DNA of 61,633 bases, the filler included, from Stramenopiles sp. TOSAG23-2 (lineage: Eukaryota), in the NCBI GenBank assembly GCA_900128395.1. It is 8 parts of 8 records of this genome, joined end to end, with 100 filler letters (N's around TTAATTAATTAA, not from the genome) between each part and the next. Parts side by side here need not be neighbours in the genome. Positions count along the whole stretch, not along the records: positions 1 to 11,324 come from LT649944.1; 7 more parts are not named here. One strand, written 5' to 3'. A model generated the notes under the pieces. That model did no database searches, was not told where the DNA came from, and saw only the letters and a list, made by a program, of their open reading frames with translations. Shown here piece after piece: positions 1-8,403 of the stretch; within the stretch, counting starts at the first letter, position 1, and every line of letters starts with the position of its first letter. A program made the translations under genes and the position numbers.

Positions 1-1256
1 GGTGTGGGTGCGGCTTGTTCGTGTGGTAGATTGTTTATGTTGGTGTATTTGCTGGTAGGAAAGTGTAGTATATTTTGTGAATGGTCAAGTCCGAATGGGG
101 ATAATTTGTTGTGTATGACTTTTGAAAGACTTCTGGGGTGGTCAATGGGTAGGTCACCATCGATGCTCCAAGACATGGCTCCACCGAGTCCTTTGGAGAT
201 GATATAGTCCATTTTCATTCCAACAGATTCTGGGTTATCATATGACCAAAAAACGCGTGTTTGATTGTTGGAGCAATAAGCTGCTCCTGCTTGTTTATCT
301 ACGGATTCTACCCCGTCATTTCCTGAAGACGCACCCATATTGATTCCTCGGTAATCGGAATTACCTTTTGCCCATTTATATTCTGCTTCATTTGGTGGTG
401 GTATTCCTTGGAATTTGGATCCCCAACCGCCTTGAATGTTACTGAATCCACGAGCGTAAAATGGTACACCAATGACTAGTCGATGTGGTTGTATTCCTTT
501 GGAGACGTATCGATCAACAGCACTAGACGTGGAAAAGGTGCTTCCAGGGGAGGAGCTATTATGTAAATTAGAGTGGTGTCCAACTGTTTTTGACCAACTT
601 CCTTCATAATCGTAAGCCATAATGGAGATGTGATCAAGGTATTGATGCCACAATTCAATTTTAGAGATGTCTATTTTTTCAATTGCGGCTGGTCCAGCGA
701 TTGTGACTAGGAATTTTCTTTTGGGTGTGATCAAGTTCATTTTATCTCGCAATTCTTTAAGGAATAATGCGAAATTGTTTCCATCATCTGGTCTAGGTGG
801 TTCATTGTGTGATGCTCCTAGAGCTCCCAACCATTCCCAATCGTAATCTAATCCATCAAAGCCGTGTTCAAGCATGAATTGTATGGAGCTATCAACGCAT
901 TTGGTTCGGGTTGTGGGGTTAGCCATGACACTGGGAAAGTGTTTTGAAAGAGTCCATCCTCCGACACTGAGAAGGATTTTGAGGTGTCTGTTTTGTTTTT
1001 TGAGTTCAAATAGGTGTTTGATATTTCCATATACGTGTCCGGCGGGGTCATTCCACGAGTCTCCTCGTTCTGCGTATCGTTTGTCTAGGTCGCTCCATGT
1101 GTCATTCCATGAAAGTTCACCAGTGGGTGTGACGTTTGCGAATGCATAGTTGATGTGAGTAAGTTTATCTACTGGAATGTTCCAAGGGTAGAATTTACGT
1201 CCATATACTCCCCAACTAGGAAAGTAACTAATAATTTTGATATCTTTGGTGGTCAT
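1..1256 (-). CDS. GH18 chitinase, fungal subgroup A-like; 3'-partial (418 codons, runs off the window); absent from the ORF track
   Basis: Manual translation from ATG 1256 is open to position 1: MTTKDIKIISYFPSWGVYGRKFYPWNIPVDKLTHINYAFANV...LKILLSVGGWT...FDGLDYDWE (catalytic DxxDxDxE)...IMAYDYEGSW...LVIGVPFYARGF...SYDNPES...GLGGAMSWSIDGD...LDHSQNILHFPTSKYTNI...AAPTP. Confidence 0.95.
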   Translation of the reverse strand, partial: MTTKDIKIISYFPSWGVYGRKFYPWNIPVDKLTHINYAFANVTPTGELSWNDTWSDLDKRYAERGDSWNDPAGHVYGNIKHLFELKKQNRHLKILLSVGGWTLSKHFPSVMANPTTRTKCVDSSIQFMLEHGFDGLDYDWEWLGALGASHNEPPRPDDGNNFALFLKELRDKMNLITPKRKFLVTIAGPAAIEKIDISKIELWHQYLDHISIMAYDYEGSWSKTVGHHSNLHNSSSPGSTFSTSSAVDRYVSKGIQPHRLVIGVPFYARGFSNIQGGWGSKFQGIPPPNEAEYKWAKGNSDYRGINMGASSGNDGVESVDKQAGAAYCSNNQTRVFWSYDNPESVGMKMDYIISKGLGGAMSWSIDGDLPIDHPRSLSKVIHNKLSPFGLDHSQNILHFPTSKYTNINNLPHEQAAPT

Positions 1257-1272
1257 TAAGTATCTCTGATAT

Positions 1273-1551
1273 TTATTTTTTTTGATCTTTACGCAACTCC
1301 CATTTGTTACCACTTTGATCAAGTTTCCAAGTATGTGTGATGGTCTTGTTGTCGACGAGTTGTACTATAAAGTCTTCTCCGGTTTTAAAGATCCATCGTT
1401 TTTTTTCGACAAGAATGTATCTATAGAATTTTTTGCGTGTAATGGGTATTTCTTTAACAATGATATTACCTTTTGGTGTATACCACATCCATTTACGTGT
1501 CTTGATTTTATTGAAACGTAATCTGAGCTCCAATTTAAAACTGGTTTTCAT
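1273..1551 (-). CDS. Hypothetical basic protein (92 aa)
   Basis: ATG-started ORF that fills the gap between the chitinase and the next gene in a densely packed contig; no recognisable motif. Confidence 0.55.
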   Translation of the reverse strand: MKTSFKLELRLRFNKIKTRKWMWYTPKGNIIVKEIPITRKKFYRYILVEKKRWIFKTGEDFIVQLVDNKTITHTWKLDQSGNKWELRKDQKK

Positions 1552-1595
1552 TACTATTACGAATTAAAAAAGGTATATGGTAACACAAAAAAAAA

Positions 1596-2267
1596 ATGAT
1601 TTTTCATGTGCTTATGAAAAAAGTCATGCAAGGTTATATTGCCATAGATATCGAGTTTACGGGAAGTGGGAAAGATGATGTAATATTTGCGTATGGTCAA
1701 GCTGATTCTAGTATTACAATTCGTGATGAATGTAATGCAAAGAGTGTATGTTTAAATTTGTTCAAGCCGAAAGATACAACATGGGAAGAATATTGGATTG
1801 AAAAGAATTGGGATCCAGATACATTCAAGTTTTGGAATACATGTATAGATATATTGGATTTTCTGCAAGATCCGTCCAAAGTGCACCTTGTAGATACTCA
1901 AGAAGAATTTGTTGAAACAATCAATGATTTACTAATTGAAGCCGAGGAACGTTATTCAAAGAGTATTATTCTAAGTGATACTTTACTTGTAGATACTCCT
2001 TTTGTTTCAAATTTATTGACAATGTTTGGTCACCGAGGATTACATCAAACAAGGCAAGGAAAATATAGATATGGTTTAGAAGTGTCATCATTTATTACTG
2101 GTGCTTTGAATTGTACTCCTGAAGATGCAGATTACAAGAGTGTAAAAGACTTTAAACAGTCTGATGAAAATTCCACAATGACTACAGTTCATAATCATGA
2201 TCCCAAAGAAGATGCCAAAAACATTCTACACTTGTTTTTTAAAACACTCTCATTCGTTGGGAAATAA
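1596..2267 (+). CDS. DEDDh/DnaQ-like 3'-5' exonuclease
   Basis: Exo I motif IAIDIEFTG near the N-terminus and Exo III motif HNHDPKEDA near the C-terminus. The true start may be a downstream Met (1614 or 1626). Confidence 0.7.
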   Translation: MIFHVLMKKVMQGYIAIDIEFTGSGKDDVIFAYGQADSSITIRDECNAKSVCLNLFKPKDTTWEEYWIEKNWDPDTFKFWNTCIDILDFLQDPSKVHLVDTQEEFVETINDLLIEAEERYSKSIILSDTLLVDTPFVSNLLTMFGHRGLHQTRQGKYRYGLEVSSFITGALNCTPEDADYKSVKDFKQSDENSTMTTVHNHDPKEDAKNILHLFFKTLSFVGK

Positions 2268-2288
2268 TAAAAATATCGAGTACATTAT

Positions 2289-2567
2289 ATGACTCTTACA
2301 ACTAAAAGTAAAACAGGTGTAGATTTGTATTACGATAATAAAAAAGTACAAGGGTTTGTGGACTTTACGACCGTTCAAGTGTACTTGTCTAAAGATACGT
2401 CCAGATCATATTGGGTATTAAGTAAAACAAAACCGGCGATAAGTGTAAATGATTCTACTCAAACTATACGTGTGTCTTCTAAATGGAAAGTTGTATTCAA
2501 AACTAGATCAGAATATTCAAAAGCTAAAAAGGCGTTGAGTATACATTATCCGAAATTGCGTGATTAA
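2289..2567 (+). CDS. Hypothetical protein (92 aa), possibly PH-like fold
   Basis: ATG-started and tightly packed. A pattern of beta strands followed by a C-terminal helix is only suggestive of a PH-like fold. Confidence 0.5.
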   Translation: MTLTTKSKTGVDLYYDNKKVQGFVDFTTVQVYLSKDTSRSYWVLSKTKPAISVNDSTQTIRVSSKWKVVFKTRSEYSKAKKALSIHYPKLRD

Positions 2568-2589
2568 AGGCAACTGTATTAAAAAGTAA

Positions 2590-3411
2590 ATGGAGCGTAA
2601 TGATCCTTTATCTATTAATGTAAACACACACGAAAACGGAAAAATTAGTTCTAGTGAGAATAGTGTAATGACTGATTCTTTTTCATCAGAAAACGATCGT
2701 GTGGGTGTAAAGATGAATACGTTCAAGCTTAATAATTATTGGAACAACAAGAATGAAAAGTTGGTTGCCGAGTTGGGTGAAAAGTCTAATGCGTATCAAT
2801 GGTTACATAACAAGTCTGCGAGGAGATATTTTGGTTTGGACAAGATTATAGGTGTGGTGATTACTATATTGGCGGCTATAGTGTCTATTGAATCACAATT
2901 ACCTCAGAACGAGTCGTTTCGTATTATAACGAATATTTTAAAGTTTATGATTTTTGTGGTGAGTTCTATTAATATATTCTTAAACTATCAAGAGTTGTCT
3001 GAAAAGCATAAACAATCTGGTGTAAAGTTTCAGAATTTGTACAATAGGATTGAGGAAGAGGTGTCTCAATACAAGCAATTGCGTAGTAATGCGGTGGAGT
3101 TTTTGCGTGATTGTAACAAGGTGTATACGTCTGTGATATCAGAATCTCCAAATATTTCTGCGCGTGAATTAAAAGAGTTTAAGAATACGTTCAAGAATAG
3201 TTCTATATCAAAGCCTACTATTTTGGATTCATTGACTCATATTGTACCGGTGAAATCAAAAGGTATAGAAAGAGGTACACCATTGCAAGATATGGCTGAG
3301 AATTTGTGTACGGTTGTAAAGATAACGGATGATATAACGGACGAGGACATTATTAATATAAAGTCTGAGCAATTGAAATTTCAGACAGAGAGACTAATGA
3401 ATCAGATCTAA
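2590..3411 (+). CDS. SLATT-like two-transmembrane protein (type common in giant viruses)
   Basis: W..K.EK...ELGEKSNAYQWLHNKSARRY, then two hydrophobic helices (IIGVVITILAAIVSI; ILKFMIFVVSSINIFL), then LSEKHKQSGVKFQNLY. Confidence 0.65.
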   Translation: MERNDPLSINVNTHENGKISSSENSVMTDSFSSENDRVGVKMNTFKLNNYWNNKNEKLVAELGEKSNAYQWLHNKSARRYFGLDKIIGVVITILAAIVSIESQLPQNESFRIITNILKFMIFVVSSINIFLNYQELSEKHKQSGVKFQNLYNRIEEEVSQYKQLRSNAVEFLRDCNKVYTSVISESPNISARELKEFKNTFKNSSISKPTILDSLTHIVPVKSKGIERGTPLQDMAENLCTVVKITDDITDEDIINIKSEQLKFQTERLMNQI

Positions 3412-3460
3412 CTTGCGAACTTGCGTTAGATACGTAGTAAAAAAAAAAGTACATCAATTA

Positions 3461-5215
3461 ATGAAGTTGATTTACGTACACTTGTCTAAATCTCAGGATC
3501 CGCCGGACTATTTATATACTAGTATATATCAAACATGTTTGATAAGCAAGATACATATTGTGATATTGACTAATGAAAGGCACGTGCAAAAGATTAATAA
3601 GCGTTTGTGTTTGATAGACAAACTGCATGATAATGAGATTTCGGTTGTATCTATTGAACACGTTGAAGACAAGAATTTTTTGACAGATTTATTTAGGGAC
3701 GAATTTTGGAGGTATACAACTGAGCGTTTTTTTACTATTGAAAAGTGGTTAAAGTCGTTTGGTATTACAGAGTCTTTTATTCATATTGAGAATGATGTGT
3801 TGTTGTATTCGGATCCTCTTGCTCTTTCATTTACAAAGGGGATGTATATAATCAAGGATACACCTACTAGAGGTATTGGTAGTGTGATATTTTCAACAGT
3901 GAGTGATTGGCATGCATTTATAAAATACGCTGAAGGGTGTACTCCACCAAAGAATGATATGGAGATACTTGGGGGTTACAAGGATGCGTTTTTGTTGCCG
4001 TGCGATCCAAATAATGCTTCTAGATTGGTTTTTGATGGTGCTGCTTTTGGGCAATACATAGCGGGTGTGGATTCTAGGAATATAAAATCAAATACCGAGT
4101 TGACATTGTATGCGAATCCTACTGTTGGCTTTGTAAATGAAACATCGGTGGTCAAGGCGTGTGATTACAAGATTATACGCAAGCTTGTAAACTATAAAGG
4201 AAAGCAAATATTCAAGTATTATATAAAATCAAAGGAAAGAGTGATTGATTTTTTCAATCTTCATATTCATTCAAAGAATCTAGCTCCTTGTACGAGTAAT
4301 TTTGATATCCAATACAAGGATATAATAACGGGTGATCGTATATTAGAGAACTGTGATATAGTCTTTTGTACATATCCGGTGTACATGTATCACAAGGGTA
4401 TAAACGAATTCAATTCCAATGTGGTGGTGATAAACGACTTTAAGCATATAAATAGGAAAAACTTGTACAGGTATATTACAAATATAAAAAAGTACATTAT
4501 CAAGATACACGTTTACACGCACTTGTTGGAAGATTTTACAAGGTATATTTTGCCATTGATTCAATTATTCAACAACAAGTTTGTGTTTTACATTCACAAC
4601 AGTGATCATTCATTTAATGGTACGTACACTTCTTTACTGCATTCAGAGTCGGTTATTAGGGTATATGCTCAGAATATAAGTGTGTATCATGAAAAATTGT
4701 CATTGTTACCTATAGGTATAGCAAATAGTATGTTCAAGCATGGTGACACGCTGTCACTGTACAAAACAATGTCGAGTACGTTTATAAATAAAAAGGAATC
4801 AAATATATTTATGAGTGCATTACAACCAACGCATCGTGTTCGTACATTGATAGACATTACCTCTACTAATTTCAAGTTGTCTCCAAAAATGAATTACAAA
4901 GACTATTTGGTAGAGTTGAGTCGTCATTATTTTTGTTTTTGTCCGCGTGGTAATGGTATTGATACTCATCGTTTTTGGGAGGCATTGTATCTAGGTGTAA
5001 TACCGGTAATTGTAAATACACCAGAAAGTGACATGTCAATTTTTGTGGAATATCTAAAGGATCTGGGTTTACCATTTTACCAAGTTACTGATTTAGATTT
5101 TTTTAAAAAAAACACAAACGAGTTCTTTTCAAAGGACCTTTACGATAGTATTACTGGTAACAAGTTTATTCAATGTAACCAAAATCTGAAATTAACAAAT
5201 TATTTAGCTACATAA
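3461..5215 (+). CDS. Two-domain glycosyltransferase: N-terminal GT-A-like domain plus C-terminal exostosin/GT47-like domain
   Basis: N-half: RFF...HIENDVLLY...FDGAAFGQYIAGVD...GFVNETS...NLHIHSK. C-half: FCFCPRGNGIDTHRFWEALYLGVIPVI. First ATG is at 3461; the ORF track starts at TTG 3413. Confidence 0.75.
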   Translation: MKLIYVHLSKSQDPPDYLYTSIYQTCLISKIHIVILTNERHVQKINKRLCLIDKLHDNEISVVSIEHVEDKNFLTDLFRDEFWRYTTERFFTIEKWLKSFGITESFIHIENDVLLYSDPLALSFTKGMYIIKDTPTRGIGSVIFSTVSDWHAFIKYAEGCTPPKNDMEILGGYKDAFLLPCDPNNASRLVFDGAAFGQYIAGVDSRNIKSNTELTLYANPTVGFVNETSVVKACDYKIIRKLVNYKGKQIFKYYIKSKERVIDFFNLHIHSKNLAPCTSNFDIQYKDIITGDRILENCDIVFCTYPVYMYHKGINEFNSNVVVINDFKHINRKNLYRYITNIKKYIIKIHVYTHLLEDFTRYILPLIQLFNNKFVFYIHNSDHSFNGTYTSLLHSESVIRVYAQNISVYHEKLSLLPIGIANSMFKHGDTLSLYKTMSSTFINKKESNIFMSALQPTHRVRTLIDITSTNFKLSPKMNYKDYLVELSRHYFCFCPRGNGIDTHRFWEALYLGVIPVIVNTPESDMSIFVEYLKDLGLPFYQVTDLDFFKKNTNEFFSKDLYDSITGNKFIQCNQNLKLTNYLAT

Positions 5216-5217
5216 GA

Positions 5218-6135
5218 CTAATATAGATAGTCTATTACAGGATAGAAATATTTGGTAGTGTTTCCATTATTTGTGTATATAACTCTGATTATTGTATTTG
5301 TTGGTATATAACTTCCTCCTATTTTTGAATCACCGAGTACGTATCTTCCTTGGTATCCAAATGTGAAATTGTCAATAACTTTTACAGACATTTTGATGTA
5401 TGATGGGGAGGAAGCTAAAAAACCATTTGTTGCTGGTGTTTTTACAGTTATTCTAGAATTAACAGAGTCTATGTTTGTTATGGTACCAAGATTGTCACTA
5501 TTTATTCCATCTGATACATGTATATAGTATCCTAATTGAGCATTTTCAATTACTGTTGAACTTGCATTAATTATTGTATCTGAAGCAGTGATATCTGATG
5601 TAATACTTCCTATTATAGTTTCTGGAGCTACTATTACTTCGAGTGTGTCATTTTGGTTTTCTGAATGACTATTGAATGATATACTTAGAGCAGAGATTGG
5701 ATAGTCAAATGTGTAATCATGTATTGATTCTCCACTTACACAATCGCATTTGTAACTAACTGATTTGTAATTACCACCTGTAGGTGTTGATTCCTCTACT
5801 ATTCCAACATTAATATTGGAAATCTTGCTTACAAGTTCAGGGATTGAAGAAACTATGTGTGTATTATTATTAAAACATATTTCAGGATAATGTGAAGAAT
5901 TTGTAAATCCTATAACATGTGTTTTTTCAGTATCACACAAGACATTCCATTCATACAAATCGTATGTATTGTCAGGTATTCGTTCAATCAGATTATTTTT
6001 TGAGATGTCAATAGAGTGTGTATTATTATTAAAACAAGTTTGAGGTGATATCCCATCTTTTGTCTTGTAACCAATAATTTTTTGTGACTCTGTGTTACAA
6101 TATATTTGCCATTTTTCAATGATTCTATTTGTCAT
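5218..6135 (-). CDS. Putative virion structural protein with two N-terminal CxTE...PxxCxNNNxH modules
   Basis: 305 aa, beta-rich and S/T/N-rich; duplicated N-terminal module; co-oriented with the fibre-like gene cluster. Confidence 0.6.
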   Translation of the reverse strand: MTNRIIEKWQIYCNTESQKIIGYKTKDGISPQTCFNNNTHSIDISKNNLIERIPDNTYDLYEWNVLCDTEKTHVIGFTNSSHYPEICFNNNTHIVSSIPELVSKISNINVGIVEESTPTGGNYKSVSYKCDCVSGESIHDYTFDYPISALSISFNSHSENQNDTLEVIVAPETIIGSITSDITASDTIINASSTVIENAQLGYYIHVSDGINSDNLGTITNIDSVNSRITVKTPATNGFLASSPSYIKMSVKVIDNFTFGYQGRYVLGDSKIGGSYIPTNTIIRVIYTNNGNTTKYFYPVIDYLY

Positions 6136-6158
6136 TGAATAGTTCTTATAAAAAAAAA

Positions 6159-7793
6159 TTAGTAATCGTCAGTGTAAGTTACTGAAAAGTTAATTTCATT
6201 TATATTTTCAGACTCTGCTGTTATTATAAAACATTCGTTTTGATAAAGATACAACTTGTCTGTGAAATCTATATATACTTGATCTTCTTTTGGTATGTAT
6301 ATGGATTCCAAGAGTAGTCCATTTGTAAATGTGTTTGAAGAATAACTGACTAACCCAATAGAATTAGTTTCATTTATATAATTGTAATTTAGATAATCAT
6401 CTGTTTCAAGTAATGAAATAGTCTCTGGATTTTTATAGATTCGTATAATAACTGGTTTGGACCCATGTGTTATAATGGAAATACGTTTTACTATAATCTC
6501 ACTTTGGTTAGAGAAACCATTGTATGTGTTTCTATTTTTTAAAGTAGATAGAACGACTTCTGTTTTTTTCGGTATTGATATTAGATTTGAAAAACTATGT
6601 GTTGGTGTATATAATATTTTTTGTCCTAAATATCCAGCATAACTTCCAGAAATAATAATAGTAATGGGTGTGGTACTTCCAAGAGATGCTACACCTTGTT
6701 GTAAATACATATTTGGAGATGTTAAACTAGGGGTAGTGGATGTGTTTGCGAATGAAAGAGTGTGTACAGTTTCATATATGCTCGTATCTGGATTATAGAC
6801 CTTGAATAAAACATTTCCAGACCCGTACCATGAATATTCTATAGCGTACATATTTCGTTTAAGAGGATCTAGTACACTTACCATACTACTAGATCCATTC
6901 CAATTTGTTCTATTAGTGAATGATGTAGATAGACTTGTTCCTTGTGTTTTTTGAGAAAATGTACCTGTAGCATTACCGTTGGAAGTAAATGAAAAGGTGT
7001 TTGTGTTTGGTCCTACATGTCGTGATTGAAATATAATAGTTGTTCCTATTGCCTCTACATTCCATCCATCATACGTAGTTCCATAAGCAATTTGTGATGT
7101 TGTGTAGTTTAAATCCCCATTTGCGTCGTCTAAATCAACTGTAAATTCAGTACCGTTAAGAGTAACTGTACCTGTTTTATTATTACTAGATTCATCATTG
7201 GTTATTGTTAATATACGTATTTCGGATTTACCATCTGTTGATATTCTAGTTCCGAATTCCGTACCATTGTAACAAAAGTATAAATCACTATTTCCATTAC
7301 CAACTCCTCCGAATTGCAAAGAATTTGCAATTGGTGTATCAAATATCATATTTACACGTATAACGGTGGAAACACCTGGTCTGTATTTTATGACTTTTAG
7401 ACATCTTATGACTGAATAACTATATAGATCATTTTGGATTGAAACATCAAGTTCGCAACCATTAATATTTGGGGAACTAGTACCACCATTTGAACAAAAA
7501 CATGTTGTTAGTTGCGTGTTTAATATACCATACAAGAAATAAGTTTGAAAAATTGGTGCTGTTTGGTTTATTTGCAATTCTCCAAACATGTTTTTTTCAC
7601 CAGCATTTACTGACAGTTCTCCATTTATATTTGTATTACCTTGGCTTGTGATTGTATCTATAATGGTTGTTAATGAACTATCTATTGAATGTCCGTTATT
7701 GTTTGGGCAAACTGTGGGTGTTGATTCATCCCAAACATATGTGTAAACTGTCTCGGTGGTACAATAAATACGATAGCGATTTAGTGTGCTCAT
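6159..7793 (-). CDS. Putative virion structural protein (544 aa) with one N-terminal CxTE...PxxCxNNNxH module
   Basis: Beta-rich, with YRPG, FCYNGTEFG and YSWYGSGNVLF segments reminiscent of phage/NCLDV structural hypotheticals. Confidence 0.6.
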   Translation of the reverse strand: MSTLNRYRIYCTTETVYTYVWDESTPTVCPNNNGHSIDSSLTTIIDTITSQGNTNINGELSVNAGEKNMFGELQINQTAPIFQTYFLYGILNTQLTTCFCSNGGTSSPNINGCELDVSIQNDLYSYSVIRCLKVIKYRPGVSTVIRVNMIFDTPIANSLQFGGVGNGNSDLYFCYNGTEFGTRISTDGKSEIRILTITNDESSNNKTGTVTLNGTEFTVDLDDANGDLNYTTSQIAYGTTYDGWNVEAIGTTIIFQSRHVGPNTNTFSFTSNGNATGTFSQKTQGTSLSTSFTNRTNWNGSSSMVSVLDPLKRNMYAIEYSWYGSGNVLFKVYNPDTSIYETVHTLSFANTSTTPSLTSPNMYLQQGVASLGSTTPITIIISGSYAGYLGQKILYTPTHSFSNLISIPKKTEVVLSTLKNRNTYNGFSNQSEIIVKRISIITHGSKPVIIRIYKNPETISLLETDDYLNYNYINETNSIGLVSYSSNTFTNGLLLESIYIPKEDQVYIDFTDKLYLYQNECFIITAESENINEINFSVTYTDDY

Positions 7794-8381
7794 TTATGTT
7801 TGACAATATATTAATTCGAAAGAATTTACGATAATACCTCCAGTTGTATTTGTGGAGTCTAGTTTTGCTTGTATTTCAAAGATGCTATTTGTGTTTGGTA
7901 TATTGTTTAGTGTATTCAATGAAACATTTGATTCTTGTATATTGTTTAAACCAGATTGTTCTTGAATTACTTTTCCATTTGTCAAGTCTAGTATACGTAG
8001 CGAGTAATCAAATGTTTCTTTTGAATTTTTAAAGCTATTGATGTTGATAATAGATAAAGATCCTACATTTGGGTTAAAGCTAAAACTTGATACCTTGGTA
8101 TAATCAGTGGACACTATTTTTGTGGGAACTAATGGATATGTGTTGGAGAAATCTATGACTGGATCTATAGGATTAGTGTATGTTTTAACTGATGTGTTTA
8201 TAGCATCGATTGTAGTCTGATCAAGAATACTATTAAATTCTATACTAATACTGTTGTTTTGATTGTTTTTTCCAGTATCAATTACTGTGTAATTTACAGT
8301 GACTGTGTGATTATCAAGTATGTATTGAGTAAAATTGGATAATCTACTAATATATTTAGAATATTGTAAAATAGTTGTCAT
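7794..8381 (-). CDS. Hypothetical beta-rich protein (195 aa), probably structural
   Basis: Its stop codon abuts the ATG of the next gene; same composition as its neighbours. Confidence 0.55.
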   Translation of the reverse strand: MTTILQYSKYISRLSNFTQYILDNHTVTVNYTVIDTGKNNQNNSISIEFNSILDQTTIDAINTSVKTYTNPIDPVIDFSNTYPLVPTKIVSTDYTKVSSFSFNPNVGSLSIININSFKNSKETFDYSLRILDLTNGKVIQEQSGLNNIQESNVSLNTLNNIPNTNSIFEIQAKLDSTNTTGGIIVNSFELIYCQT

Positions 8382-8403
8382 TAGAGTATATATGTAAAAT
8401 TAT

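Noticed and set aside
4-1149. Short ORFs 4..207, 476..658, 848..1051 and 874..1149
   Set aside because: Alternative-frame or antisense shadows of the continuous chitinase frame.
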